In this document: in pieces, positions 46,721 through 55,126 of the stretch
Layout: every line of letters starts with the position of its first letter
How positions within the stretch are numbered: position 1 is the stretch's first letter
Source of the DNA: Clostridia bacterium
GTDB taxonomy: Bacteria > Bacillota > Clostridia > Oscillospirales > Acutalibacteraceae
Assembly: GCA_017513195.1 (NCBI GenBank)
Contig: JAFXGM010000013.1
Coordinates: forward strand, 39,416-103,415
Reading direction: 5' to 3'
Length of the DNA stretch: 64,000 bases
Notes under the pieces: generated by a model
Database searches by the model: none
What the model was told of the DNA's origin: nothing
The model's input: the letters and a program-made list of their open reading frames with translations, nothing else
Translations under genes and position numbers: made by a program

Positions 46721-48070
46721 TTGGCATTTAGCAGTCTTTCAGATAAAATAAACGGCGTATTCAAAAAGCTTCGTAACAAAGGCCGTATTACCGAAAGTGA
46801 CGTAAAAGACGCTATGCGCGAGGTGCGTTTGGCACTTCTTGAAGCCGACGTAAACTACAAGGTTGCCAAAGAGTTCACCACTACCGTTGCTGAAAAATGC
46901 ATTGGCGCAAATGTAATGGAAAGTCTTACTGCGCCACAAATGGTTATTAAAATTGTAAATGAAGAGCTTACTGCACTAATGGGTAGCGAACAGGCTCGTC
47001 TTAAAACGTCATCTAAAATTCCTACCGTTATTATGATGTGCGGTCTTCAGGGTTCGGGTAAAACCACCCACAGTGCAAAGCTTGCTAAATATTTAAAATC
47101 AAAGGGTCACAGACCTATGCTTGTTGCGTGCGACATATACCGTCCTGCAGCTATAGAGCAGTTAAAGGTTGTAGGTCGTCAGGTTGAAACCCCCGTTTTT
47201 GAAATGGGCACTGCAAAACCAGAAAAAATCGCAACCGAAGCTATTAAATACGCTCGCGACTATGGCCACGATTTTGTTATTCTTGATACTGCCGGTCGTT
47301 TGCATATTGATGAAGAGTTAATGCAAGAGCTTAAGCGCATTACAGAATGCGTAGAGGTAAATAACATTCTTTTAGTTGTTGACTCTATGATAGGTCAAGA
47401 CGCTGTAAACATTGCAAAATCTTTTAATGAAATACTTGAAATCGACGGCATTATTCTTACCAAGCTTGACGGTGACACCCGTGGTGGTGCGGCGCTTTCT
47501 GTAAAGGCTGTTACAGGCAAGCCAATTATGTTTGCCGGCGTTGGCGAAAAGCTGGACCAGCTAGAAGAATTTCATCCTGAAAGAATGGCAAGCCGAATTC
47601 TTGGTATGGGCGATATGCTTTCTTTGATAGAGCGTGCCGAGCAACAGCTTGATCAAAAAAAGGCCGAAGAAGCGGCACAAAAGCTTGCCGAAAATCGCTT
47701 TGATATGAACGATTTGCTATCTCAGTTCCAACAAATCAAAAAAATGGGCAGTCTTAAAAGCATTCTTTCAATGCTTCCTGGTATGGACAAAAAGCTTCGT
47801 GACGTAGATATTGATGACCGTCAAATGCTACGTATAGAAGCAATTATTCAGTCAATGACAGCAAAGGAACGCGCCAAGCCCGACATACTAAATGCTTCAC
47901 GACGCCGCCGTATTGCCGCAGGTTGTGGGCAGACGGTTGAGGATGTTAACCGCCTTATCAAACAGTATGAACAAATGAAAAAAATGTTCAAGCAAATGAA
48001 TTCAAAGGGCGGTAGACGCAATTTGCTTAAAGGCATGAACCCTAACCAATTTAACAATTTAGGTTTTTAA
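46721..48070 (+). CDS. ffh: Signal recognition particle protein Ffh
   Basis: NG domain with GLQGSGKTT and DTAGR, and a Met-rich M domain. TTG start lies 7 nt after GGAGGTG. Confidence 0.95.
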   Translation: MAFSSLSDKINGVFKKLRNKGRITESDVKDAMREVRLALLEADVNYKVAKEFTTTVAEKCIGANVMESLTAPQMVIKIVNEELTALMGSEQARLKTSSKIPTVIMMCGLQGSGKTTHSAKLAKYLKSKGHRPMLVACDIYRPAAIEQLKVVGRQVETPVFEMGTAKPEKIATEAIKYARDYGHDFVILDTAGRLHIDEELMQELKRITECVEVNNILLVVDSMIGQDAVNIAKSFNEILEIDGIILTKLDGDTRGGAALSVKAVTGKPIMFAGVGEKLDQLEEFHPERMASRILGMGDMLSLIERAEQQLDQKKAEEAAQKLAENRFDMNDLLSQFQQIKKMGSLKSILSMLPGMDKKLRDVDIDDRQMLRIEAIIQSMTAKERAKPDILNASRRRRIAAGCGQTVEDVNRLIKQYEQMKKMFKQMNSKGGRRNLLKGMNPNQFNNLGF

Positions 48071-48123
48071 GAGTTTTCTCTTTTAAATAAATATATACAT
48101 TCTAATTTTGGAGGTGCAGTAAA

Positions 48124-48366
48124 ATGGCAGTAAAAATCAGACTTCGCAGAATCGGCGCTAAAAAGGCTCCTTTCTATCGTGTTGTAGTTGCAGACTCACG
48201 TTATCCACGTGACGGTCGTTTTATCGAAGAAATCGGTTACTACGATCCTACTAAAGAACCTGCAATCGTAAACATCGACGCTGAAGCCGCAAAGAAGTGG
48301 ATCGGCAACGGCGCACAGCCCACCGACACCGTTAAAGCTTTGCTTAAGAAAAACGGCGTTCTTTAA
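48124..48366 (+). CDS. rpsP: 30S ribosomal protein S16
   Basis: [26 protein letters not shown] is the canonical S16. Confidence 0.95.
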   Translation: MAVKIRLRRIGAKKAPFYRVVVADSRYPRDGRFIEEIGYYDPTKEPAIVNIDAEAAKKWIGNGAQPTDTVKALLKKNGVL

Positions 48367-48388
48367 TTTCTAATTTGGAGTTATAATA

Positions 48389-48622
48389 ATGAAAGAGCTT
48401 CTTATTACTATTGCTTCAGGACTTGTAGAAAATCCGGATGCAATAAGCGTAACTGTTGATGAAGCAAACGAGGAAGGCGTTATTGTTTATCACCTTAACG
48501 TTGCAGAGGACGATATGGGCAGAGTAATCGGCAAGCAGGGTCGTATTGCTAAGGCAATTCGCACCGTTATGCGTGCCGCTGCTAATCGCACTCACGAAAA
48601 AATCGTTGTTGAAATCGACTAA
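48389..48622 (+). CDS. KH-domain RNA-binding protein (YlqC/UPF0109)
   Basis: 77 aa with GRVIGKQGRIAKAIRTV (GXXG KH motif). Conserved position between rpsP and rimM. Confidence 0.9.
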   Translation: MKELLITIASGLVENPDAISVTVDEANEEGVIVYHLNVAEDDMGRVIGKQGRIAKAIRTVMRAAANRTHEKIVVEID

Positions 48623-48658
48623 TTTTACGGTAGCCTTAATGGCTACCTAACCGAAATC

Positions 48659-48685
48659 AAACCCCCGCATTTTCGGGGGTTTTTA
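48659..48685 (+). terminator. Intrinsic terminator/attenuator between the KH-protein gene and rimM
   Basis: CCCCCG-catttt-CGGGGG plus a T-run. A second hairpin GGTAGCC-ttaat-GGCTACC lies at about 48629-48647. Confidence 0.7.
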
Positions 48686-48708
48686 CATATAATTAAAGGT
48701 GAATTTTA

Positions 48709-49221
48709 ATGAAAAAAGATTTTTTAGAAGTTGGTAAATTCGTAGGCACACACGGTGTTCGCGGTATGGTACGCATCCAACCATGGTCTGACGATGGCGA
48801 GTTTTTAACCGGGTTTAAAAATTTCTACTTAAATGGCGGTAAAGCTAAAATAGAAATGAACAAAATCACACCACACGGCAACGTTGTAATCGCCGCAGTA
48901 AAAGGTGTAGACAGCATTGATGATGCCGAAAAGTTAAGAGGTCAGGTGCTATATATTAGTCGTGATGACGCTCATCTTCCGGAAGGCAGATACTTTGTAA
49001 GCGAAATTATCGGTGCTAAAGTGTTTGATGCAGATACCGACACATTGCTTGGTACACTGTCCGATGTTTCACCAACCGGTGCTAACGACGTATGGCATAT
49101 TAAATCAGGCGAAAAGGAATATCTTGTTCCTGCAATACCCGACGTAATAGTAAATGTTGATATTAATACCGATAAAATTGTAATAAGACCTTTGAAGGGG
49201 ATTTTTGACGATGAAGATTGA
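48709..49221 (+). CDS. rimM: 16S rRNA processing protein RimM
   Basis: VGKFVGTHGVRGMVRI (RimM N-terminal beta-barrel) and a C-terminal PRC barrel (YLVPAIPDVIV). Confidence 0.92.
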   Translation: MKKDFLEVGKFVGTHGVRGMVRIQPWSDDGEFLTGFKNFYLNGGKAKIEMNKITPHGNVVIAAVKGVDSIDDAEKLRGQVLYISRDDAHLPEGRYFVSEIIGAKVFDADTDTLLGTLSDVSPTGANDVWHIKSGEKEYLVPAIPDVIVNVDINTDKIVIRPLKGIFDDED

Positions 49222-49957
49222 TATACTTACCCTATTCCCCGAAATGTGTGAGTCGGTGCTAAACGAAAGCATTATTGGTAGAGCAAGAAAGGCACAAAAG
49301 GTTGAGCTTGAGTGTCATAATATACGTGATTTTGCCAACAATAAACACAATAAGGTTGACGATATGCCTTATGGCGGCGGTATGGGTATGGTAATGGCGG
49401 CGGAACCGATTTATAATTGCTATAAAAGTCTTTACAGCGATGACGAGCCAAAGCCACACCTTATATACCTATCTCCAAAAGGTACAACACTTACACAAAA
49501 AAAGGTTGTAGAATTATCAAAGCTTGATAGAATTGTTTTGCTTTGTGGGCATTATGAGGGTGTTGACGAGCGTGTGCTCGAAGAAATTGTTGACGAGCAA
49601 ATCTCTATTGGTGACTTTGTGCTTACAGGCGGCGAACTGCCTGCGCTTTGCCTTGCGGACGCCGTTTGCCGAATGTTACCCGGTGTACTTTCAGACGACC
49701 TGTGCTTTGAGGACGAAAGTCATTTTTCGGGTTTACTTGAATACCCACAATATACCCGCCCTGCCGTTTGGAACGGTCGAGAGGTTCCCGAGGTTTTGCT
49801 TTCTGGTAACCACGCTGAAATTGCAAAATGGCGCCGCAAGCAATCGCTTGAAATCACACGCGAACTAAGGCCGGAAATGTTTGAAAAGGTTGAGCTTGAT
49901 AAACAAGACCGCAAACTTTTAGGTCTTGAGCCCGAAAAATCACGAAAGCGCAAATAA
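49211..49957 (+). CDS. trmD: tRNA (guanine37-N1)-methyltransferase TrmD
   Basis: MKIDILTLFPEMC..., GHYEGVDERV and LSGNHAEIAKWRR are canonical TrmD blocks. Confidence 0.95.
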   Translation: MKIDILTLFPEMCESVLNESIIGRARKAQKVELECHNIRDFANNKHNKVDDMPYGGGMGMVMAAEPIYNCYKSLYSDDEPKPHLIYLSPKGTTLTQKKVVELSKLDRIVLLCGHYEGVDERVLEEIVDEQISIGDFVLTGGELPALCLADAVCRMLPGVLSDDLCFEDESHFSGLLEYPQYTRPAVWNGREVPEVLLSGNHAEIAKWRRKQSLEITRELRPEMFEKVELDKQDRKLLGLEPEKSRKRK

Positions 49958-50035
49958 TATACTATCATTTTGACCAAATTTGACATTCAAATTGTCTAAA
50001 ATGTTGGATAAATATTAGAACTTTTTAACAAATTG

Positions 50036-50063
50036 TTGACTACTGCATTTAATGTGGTATAAT
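50036..50063 (+). promoter_or_regulatory. Extended -10 sigma-A promoter of the HPr gene
   Basis: TTGACT (50036-50041), 16 nt spacer, TGgTATAAT (-10 at 50058-50063). Confidence 0.6.
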
Positions 50064-50132
50064 ACTATCATAGCAAAGTGTAGTATATATTTGTTATAAA
50101 TTTAAACATTTACTTTTCGAGGAGTTTTTAAA

Positions 50133-50396
50133 ATGTGTGTTAAAGACGTAGTAATTCAAAATCAAGTTGGTCTTCATGCTCGCCCCGCTACCTTCTTCAT
50201 CCAGAAGGCAAACGAATTTAAGTCATCTATCTGGGTTGAAAAGGATGAAAGAAAGGTAAATGCAAAAAGTTTACTTGGTGTTCTTTCGCTCGGCATTATC
50301 GGTGGCACCAGCATCAAGATTATTTGTGACGGCAGCGACGAAGCTGACGCAATGGCAGGTCTTGTAGCTCTTGTAGAATCAGGCTTTGCTGACTAA
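50133..50396 (+). CDS. ptsH: Phosphocarrier protein HPr
   Basis: 87 aa with GLHARPA (His15 site) and NAKSLLGVLSLG (Ser46 site). No ptsI is adjacent. Confidence 0.9.
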   Translation: MCVKDVVIQNQVGLHARPATFFIQKANEFKSSIWVEKDERKVNAKSLLGVLSLGIIGGTSIKIICDGSDEADAMAGLVALVESGFAD

Positions 50397-50412
50397 TTTT
50401 TGCTTAAAAATG

Positions 50413-50441
50413 TTGACATTTTTGGCTGACCGTTATATAAT
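50413..50441 (+). promoter_or_regulatory. Consensus sigma-A promoter upstream of the tRNA-Pro locus
   Basis: TTGACA (50413-50418), 17 nt spacer, TATAAT (50436-50441). The -10 is embedded in an inverted repeat GGCTGACCG...CGGTCAGCC (50424-50453). Confidence 0.6.
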
Positions 50442-50475
50442 AACACGGTCAGCCAATATAATTGAAATTTGAATA

Positions 50476-50497
50476 TTTCCGGGTGTGACGCAGCTGG
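50476..50497 (+). pseudogene. 5' fragment copy of tRNA-Pro (acceptor 5' strand plus start of the D-arm)
   Basis: TTTCCGGGTGTGaCGCAGCTGG versus TTTCCGGGTGTGgCGCAGCTGG at 50569-50590, a 21/22 match. The sequence then diverges and has no tRNA fold. Confidence 0.7.
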
Positions 50498-50571
50498 CTG
50501 CTTGGGCAGCGGAGTTAAGCGCTTACCGCATAATTTTTAGTTTTAACTTTCTATTTTCAATTTAAGTGTTT

Positions 50572-50647
50572 CCGGGTGTGGCGCAGCTGGTAGCGCGCTT
50601 GACTGGGGGTCAAGAGGCCGCAGGTTCAAGTCCTGTCACTCGGACCA
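50572..50647 (+). tRNA. tRNA-Pro (anticodon GGG), CCA encoded
   Basis: Hand-folded. Acceptor CCGGGTG/CACTCGG (one G-U pair). D-stem GCGC/GCGC. Anticodon stem CTTGA/TCAAG with loop CTGGGGG. T-arm GCAGG-TTCAAGT-CCTGT. Discriminator A plus CCA. Length 76 nt. Confidence 0.85.
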
Positions 50648-50689
50648 ATTACCGAATTGGACCTTTAGGTTCGGTTCGGTAATTTTTTT
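50648..50689 (+). terminator. Intrinsic terminator after tRNA-Pro
   Basis: ATTACCGAA...TTCGGTAAT followed by a T-run. Confidence 0.75.
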
Positions 50690-50694
50690 ATTTT

Positions 50695-50710
50695 ACAGGA
50701 CTTGAACCTG
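50695..50710 (-). repeat. Inverted 16-nt copy of the tRNA-Pro T-arm
   Basis: ACAGGACTTGAACCTG is the exact reverse complement of 50621-50636 (CAGGTTCAAGTCCTGT). Confidence 0.8.
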
Positions 50711-50824
50711 AGAAGGTCTGACGTTAATAAAAACAGTACAGTGTACTGTTTTTTAGTCAGAGCGTGTAGTCGGGCACCAAACATTAAATGTTTGGTCGAC
50801 AAGCGGACAGTATGCGAAGCAGAC

Positions 50825-50848
50825 GGTCAAGTCCTGTCACTCGGACCA
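50825..50848 (+). pseudogene. 3' fragment copy of tRNA-Pro (T-arm 3' half, acceptor 3' strand, ACCA)
   Basis: TCAAGTCCTGTCACTCGGACCA (50827-50848) is identical to 50626-50647. One T is missing in the T-loop, and I could not find a matching 5' acceptor strand upstream. Confidence 0.75.
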
Positions 50849-50890
50849 AAAATCCTAACGTGACATTTGTTTCGTTAGGATTTTTCTTTT
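50849..50890 (+). terminator. Intrinsic terminator after the tRNA 3' fragment
   Basis: AATCCTAACG...CGTTAGGATT followed by TTTCTTTT. Confidence 0.7.
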
Positions 50891-50916
50891 GAATTATATT
50901 ATTTAAATTTGTTATA

Positions 50917-50947
50917 TAAAAAAGCCACCGCTTTTTGCGGTGGCTTT
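50917..50947 (-). terminator. Intrinsic terminator of gdhA
   Basis: AAGCCACCGC-ttttt-GCGGTGGCTT with a T-run on the minus strand. Confidence 0.8.
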
Positions 50948-50965
50948 AAATGTTTTTAATATAAA

Positions 50966-52318
50966 TTAATACGCAACGCCCTGTGCGATCATTGCGTCTG
51001 CAACCTTTTCAAAGCCGGCAATGTTTGCACCTGCAATAAGGTCGCCTTCCATACCGTACTTCTTAGCAGCATCCCAAGAATTCTTGTAGATGTCGGCCAT
51101 AATCTGATGAAGCTTAGCGTCAACCTCTTCAGCAGTCCAGCTATAACGCATTGAGTTCTGGCTCATTTCAAGACCAGATACTGCAACACCGCCGGCATTT
51201 ACTGCCTTAGATGGAGCAATAACAACGCCTGCAGCCTTAAGAACCTTGATAGCCTCGTCGGTAGAAGGCATATTAGCAACCTCGGCATAGTACTTAACGC
51301 CGTTTGCTACGATATTCTTAGCGTCTTCTTCGCCAACCTCATTTTGAGTAGCGCAAGGCATAACAACGTCAACCTTTTGCTCCCAAGGACGCTTGCCTGC
51401 AAAGAAAGGAACACCAAACTTGTCAGCATAATCCTGTACCTTATCGCGACCTGATGCACGCATTTCAAGCATAAAGTTGAGCTTTTCTTCGGTTACAACA
51501 CCGTCAGCGTCATAAACGTAGCCGTCAGGACCTGAAATGGTAACAACCTTACCGCCAAGCTCTGCAACCTTCATTGCAGTACCCCAAGCAACGTTACCGA
51601 AGCCTGAGATTGCAAAGGTCTTGCCCTTAACTTCTTCGCCAAATGTCTTAAGCATTTCCTGTACATAGTACACAGCGCCAAAGCCTGTAGCTTCTGGACG
51701 AATAAGTGAACCGCCAAATGAACGTCCCTTACCGGTAAGAACGCCGGTAAACTCGTTGCGAAGACGCTTGTACTGACCGTAAAGGTAACCTACCTCGCGA
51801 GCACCTACACCGATATCGCCTGCAGGAACGTCGGTATCAGCACCAATGTGCTTTGCAAGCTCGGTCATAAAGCTCTGGCAAAATCTCATAATTTCACCGT
51901 CACTGCGTCCGCGTGGGTCAAAGTCTGAACCACCCTTACCGCCGCCCATAGGAAGACCTGTAAGGCTGTTTTTAAATGTCTGCTCAAAACCGAGGAACTT
52001 CATAATAGAAGCATTAACTGTTGGATGGAAACGAAGACCACCCTTGTATGGGCCAATTGCAGAGTTAAACTGCACACGGAAACCGCGGTTTACCTGAACC
52101 TGACCATTATCATCAACCCAAGAAACGCGGAATGTGATCATACGCTCGGGTTCTACCATACGCTCGATAACGCCGTGCTTTTCAAATTTTGAGTCCTGCG
52201 CTACAACAGGTTCAAGTGACTCAAGCACGTCACGTACCGCCTGCAAAAATTCGGGCTCATTGCCGTTACGTTTTTCGGTATCGGCATAAACTTTGTTTAA
52301 ATATTCTGACTTAAACAT
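50966..52318 (-). CDS. gdhA: NADP-specific glutamate dehydrogenase
   Basis: GLPMGGGKGGSDFDP (Glu/Leu/Phe/Val dehydrogenase active-site Lys) and NAD(P) fold GFGNVAWG. ATG 52318 lies 8 nt after GGAGG. Confidence 0.93.
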   Translation of the reverse strand: MFKSEYLNKVYADTEKRNGNEPEFLQAVRDVLESLEPVVAQDSKFEKHGVIERMVEPERMITFRVSWVDDNGQVQVNRGFRVQFNSAIGPYKGGLRFHPTVNASIMKFLGFEQTFKNSLTGLPMGGGKGGSDFDPRGRSDGEIMRFCQSFMTELAKHIGADTDVPAGDIGVGAREVGYLYGQYKRLRNEFTGVLTGKGRSFGGSLIRPEATGFGAVYYVQEMLKTFGEEVKGKTFAISGFGNVAWGTAMKVAELGGKVVTISGPDGYVYDADGVVTEEKLNFMLEMRASGRDKVQDYADKFGVPFFAGKRPWEQKVDVVMPCATQNEVGEEDAKNIVANGVKYYAEVANMPSTDEAIKVLKAAGVVIAPSKAVNAGGVAVSGLEMSQNSMRYSWTAEEVDAKLHQIMADIYKNSWDAAKKYGMEGDLIAGANIAGFEKVADAMIAQGVAY

Positions 52319-52440
52319 AATATCTACCTCCACACTTTAAAGTGTTAAAATAATATACTATATACTACTACTATTTTTTTTTGCAGTCAATAAAAAATTT
52401 TGTAAATTTTTAATTTTTTTGCAATTTAACGGCATTTTGC

Positions 52441-52469
52441 TTGACAAAAGCGCAAAAAATAGTTATTAT
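52441..52469 (+). promoter_or_regulatory. Sigma-A promoter of the thrS T-box leader
   Basis: TTGACA (52441-52446), 17 nt spacer, TATTAT (52464-52469). Confidence 0.65.
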
Positions 52470-52730
52470 GTATTATTGTAAAGCGTTGATAAGGACAGTA
52501 CCCGTTTTAAAGCCTTTTAAAGAGAGTGCTCTCATCGGCTGAAAGGAGCATAAAGGAAATCTCGGAGAACACCACCTTTGAGCGCTGTGGGGTAACAACC
52601 ACAGACGTATCCGCTGCGTTAAAGCGTTAAAAGTGCCGTAAATGGGTTTACGGAATGTGGGTGGAACCACGGAGAGTATATTACACTTCGTCCCTGTATT
52701 TTACAGGTGGCGAAGTTTTTTTATTTTAAT
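52470..52730 (+). ncRNA. T-box riboswitch leader (threonine specifier ACC) controlling thrS
   Basis: Stem I elements: GA/K-turn-like TGATAAGGA...AGTA and the AGAGA box. ACC-ACC lies in the specifier region at 52571-52576. T-box sequence AATGTGGGTGGAACCACGG is at about 52655-52673. Terminator ACTTCGTCCCTGT...ACAGGTGGCGAAGT plus a T-run is at 52685-52730. Confidence 0.85.
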
Positions 52731-52756
52731 ATTATTATGAAAGAGGATAGATTTTT

Positions 52757-54556
52757 ATGAAGATCATTTACAAAGACGGTACTGTTGCGGAAGCCGAAGC
52801 TTCACAAGAGCTTGAAGTGCTACGTCACTCTGCAGCGCACATTATGGCACAGGCTGTAAAACGCCTTTACCCACATGCCGATTTTGGCTATGGCCCTGCA
52901 ACCGAAAAGGGATTTTACTATGATATAGACCTTGGTGACACTAAGCTTTCAGACGAAGATTTGGCTGCTATTGAGGCAGAAATGAAAAAAATCACAAAGG
53001 AGAATTTGCCCATTCGCCCTTACGTTTTATCTCGTGAAGAGGCTATTGCACATATGCAAGAATTGGGTGAAAAATATAAGGTTGAGCATATCGGTGATTT
53101 ACCCGAAGACGCCGAAATCAGTTTCTTTAAGCAGGGCGACTACGTAGATATGTGTACAGGCCCTCACCTTTGCTACACAAAAGCACTTAAGGCATTTAAA
53201 ATTACCGGTCAGTCGGGTGCTTACTGGAAAAACGACAAAAACAACAAAATGCTTACCCGTATTTACGGTACCGCATTTAAGACTCAAGAAGAGCTTGACG
53301 CATACTTAAAAATGGTTGAAGAGGCAGAACGCCGCGACCACAATAAATTAGGCCGTGAGCTTGGTTTCTTTACAACAGTTGACTCAATCGGTCAAGGTTT
53401 ACCAATCCTTTTACCAAAGGGCTCACGTGTAATTCAGTTATTACAGCGCTGGGTTGAAGACGTTGAGCAAGAGCACGGCTATTTGCTTACAAAAACACCG
53501 CTTATGGCAAAGCGCGACCTTTACCGTATTTCAGGTCACTGGGATCACTACCTTGACGGTATGTTTGTTTTGGGCGACCCACACGACGAAGAAAAAGAAT
53601 GCTTGGCAATGCGTCCTATGACCTGCCCGTTCCAGTATCAAGTATTTCTTAACGCTGCACGCAGTTATCGTGATTTGCCGATGCGCTTAGGCGAAACCTC
53701 TACCCTATTTAGAAATGAAGATTCGGGCGAAATGCACGGTCTTATTCGTGTGCGTCAGTTCACCATTTCCGAAGGTCACTTGGTGCTTCGCCCAGACCAG
53801 TTAGAACAAGAGTTTGCTGACTGCTTATCACTTTCTAAGTATTTCCTTGAAACTGTAGGTCTTCTCGAAGACTGCACCTTCCGCTTCTCACAGTGGGATC
53901 CTAACAATACCGACAAGTACGAGGGCACTGCAGAACAGTGGAATGCCGCACAGGCTACTATGGAAAAGATACTTGAGCATTTGGGTGTTGAGTATGAAAT
54001 CGGTATTGACGAGGCTGCTTTCTATGGACCAAAGCTTGACATTCAGTATAAGAACGTATTTGGTAAGGAAGATACAATCGTTACAATTCAGATAGATATG
54101 CTCTTGGCTGAAAAATTCGGTATGTATTACACCGATGCTGATGGTCAGAAGAAGTTACCATACATCATTCACCGCACAAGCCTTGGTTGCTATGAGCGTA
54201 CACTTGCATACTTAATTGAAAAATATGCCGGTGCACTTCCAACCTGGATTTCACCAGAGCAGGTTCGTATTCTTACCATTACCGACCGTGCTAACGACTA
54301 TGCTGAAGAAATCCGTGCAAAGCTTGCCGCTAAAAAATACCGCGTAACTGTAGACGACAGCCAAAACACACTTAAATACAAAATCAGAAACGCACAGCTT
54401 GAAAAGGTGCCATATATGATTATTTTAGGTGATAAGGATATCGAAAACAAAACAGTATCTGTTCGTCACCGTTCGGGCGAAGACCTTGGCGCTATTAGTA
54501 TGGAGCAGTTCCAAGCAATTCTTGCTGACGTTGTAGACAACAAACTTAAAAAGTAA
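52757..54556 (+). CDS. thrS: Threonine--tRNA ligase (short N-terminus)
   Basis: Editing-domain HSAAHIMAQA, class II motifs (RVRQFTISEGH, HRTSLGC.ER) and a C-terminal anticodon-binding domain. Preceded by a Thr T-box. Confidence 0.95.
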   Translation: MKIIYKDGTVAEAEASQELEVLRHSAAHIMAQAVKRLYPHADFGYGPATEKGFYYDIDLGDTKLSDEDLAAIEAEMKKITKENLPIRPYVLSREEAIAHMQELGEKYKVEHIGDLPEDAEISFFKQGDYVDMCTGPHLCYTKALKAFKITGQSGAYWKNDKNNKMLTRIYGTAFKTQEELDAYLKMVEEAERRDHNKLGRELGFFTTVDSIGQGLPILLPKGSRVIQLLQRWVEDVEQEHGYLLTKTPLMAKRDLYRISGHWDHYLDGMFVLGDPHDEEKECLAMRPMTCPFQYQVFLNAARSYRDLPMRLGETSTLFRNEDSGEMHGLIRVRQFTISEGHLVLRPDQLEQEFADCLSLSKYFLETVGLLEDCTFRFSQWDPNNTDKYEGTAEQWNAAQATMEKILEHLGVEYEIGIDEAAFYGPKLDIQYKNVFGKEDTIVTIQIDMLLAEKFGMYYTDADGQKKLPYIIHRTSLGCYERTLAYLIEKYAGALPTWISPEQVRILTITDRANDYAEEIRAKLAAKKYRVTVDDSQNTLKYKIRNAQLEKVPYMIILGDKDIENKTVSVRHRSGEDLGAISMEQFQAILADVVDNKLKK

Positions 54557-54558
54557 TA

Positions 54559-54590
54559 TAAAAAAGGCTTGGGAATTCCCAAGCCTTTTA
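54559..54590. terminator. Bidirectional intrinsic terminator (thrS / zinc-ribbon gene)
   Basis: AAGGCTTGGG-aatt-CCCAAGCCTT with flanking A and T runs. Confidence 0.85.
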
Positions 54591-54592
54591 GT

Positions 54593-55030
54593 TTACATTG
54601 ATCCACCAATAAGTACTATTGTAGAAAGAAGATACATTGCTAAGCCTATAACACCCATAATCGTGCCGGACTTACTTATGCCATTTATGTAACCCCTATT
54701 TTTTGACGCTATTGAAAAGGCTGTCGCCATTATGCTTAATGAAGAAAAAATTAGCACCTCAAACATAAATGCAAGCAACACTCCGGATATAACCTCGCCA
54801 AAGGAAACCGCTGCAGATAAAGCTATACAGCCAAACATAAGAAAAAAGCCATAAAATAATCCTACAATACCCAGAACCATTGAGGTAATACCAAAGCCTC
54901 TACCCGGCACCTTAGGTTTTACGTATTGCACGTACTGAACCTGTGGCTGTGCTCCGGTTGGATAGCCGCAATTAGGGCATACCACCGCACCTTCGTTATA
55001 TGGTGTTCCGCAATTAGTACAAAAAGCCAT
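54593..55030 (-). CDS. Zinc-ribbon domain membrane protein
   Basis: N-terminal CTNCG...CPNCG zinc ribbon, a Pro/Gln linker, then three or four hydrophobic segments. Confidence 0.7.
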   Translation of the reverse strand: MAFCTNCGTPYNEGAVVCPNCGYPTGAQPQVQYVQYVKPKVPGRGFGITSMVLGIVGLFYGFFLMFGCIALSAAVSFGEVISGVLLAFMFEVLIFSSLSIMATAFSIASKNRGYINGISKSGTIMGVIGLAMYLLSTIVLIGGSM

Positions 55031-55092
55031 AAAAACTCCCCTTTAATATAATTATATACTTTTATTCTACACTATTTTACCACATTGTCAAT

Positions 55093-55123
55093 AAAAAACC
55101 ATCTGCCGTGGCAGATGGTTTTT
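55093..55123 (-). terminator. Intrinsic terminator of the phosphatidyltransferase gene
   Basis: AACCATCTGC-cgtg-GCAGATGGTT with a T-run on the minus strand. A TTGACA...TAGAAT promoter for the zinc-ribbon gene follows. Confidence 0.8.
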
Positions 55124-55126
55124 GTT

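Noticed and set aside
50479-50848. A possible tmRNA or nested tRNA-like gene. The 5' tRNA fragment and the 3' tRNA fragment are about 370 nt apart and could form an acceptor stem.
   Set aside because: tmRNA is tRNA-Ala-like (GGGG start, G3-U70) and would not contain a complete tRNA plus two intrinsic terminators inside it. I found no tag-peptide reading frame ending in the usual ...LAA-stop. It is kept only as part of the tRNA-fragment finding.
50788-50890. Short plus-strand ORF starting at the ATG at 50788 and running through the tRNA 3' fragment.
   Set aside because: No SD, and it overlaps tRNA-derived sequence and a terminator. It is almost certainly non-coding.
52473-52670. 65-aa minus-strand ORF in the gdhA-thrS intergenic region.
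   Set aside because: It lies entirely within the Thr T-box leader on the opposite strand and has no SD.
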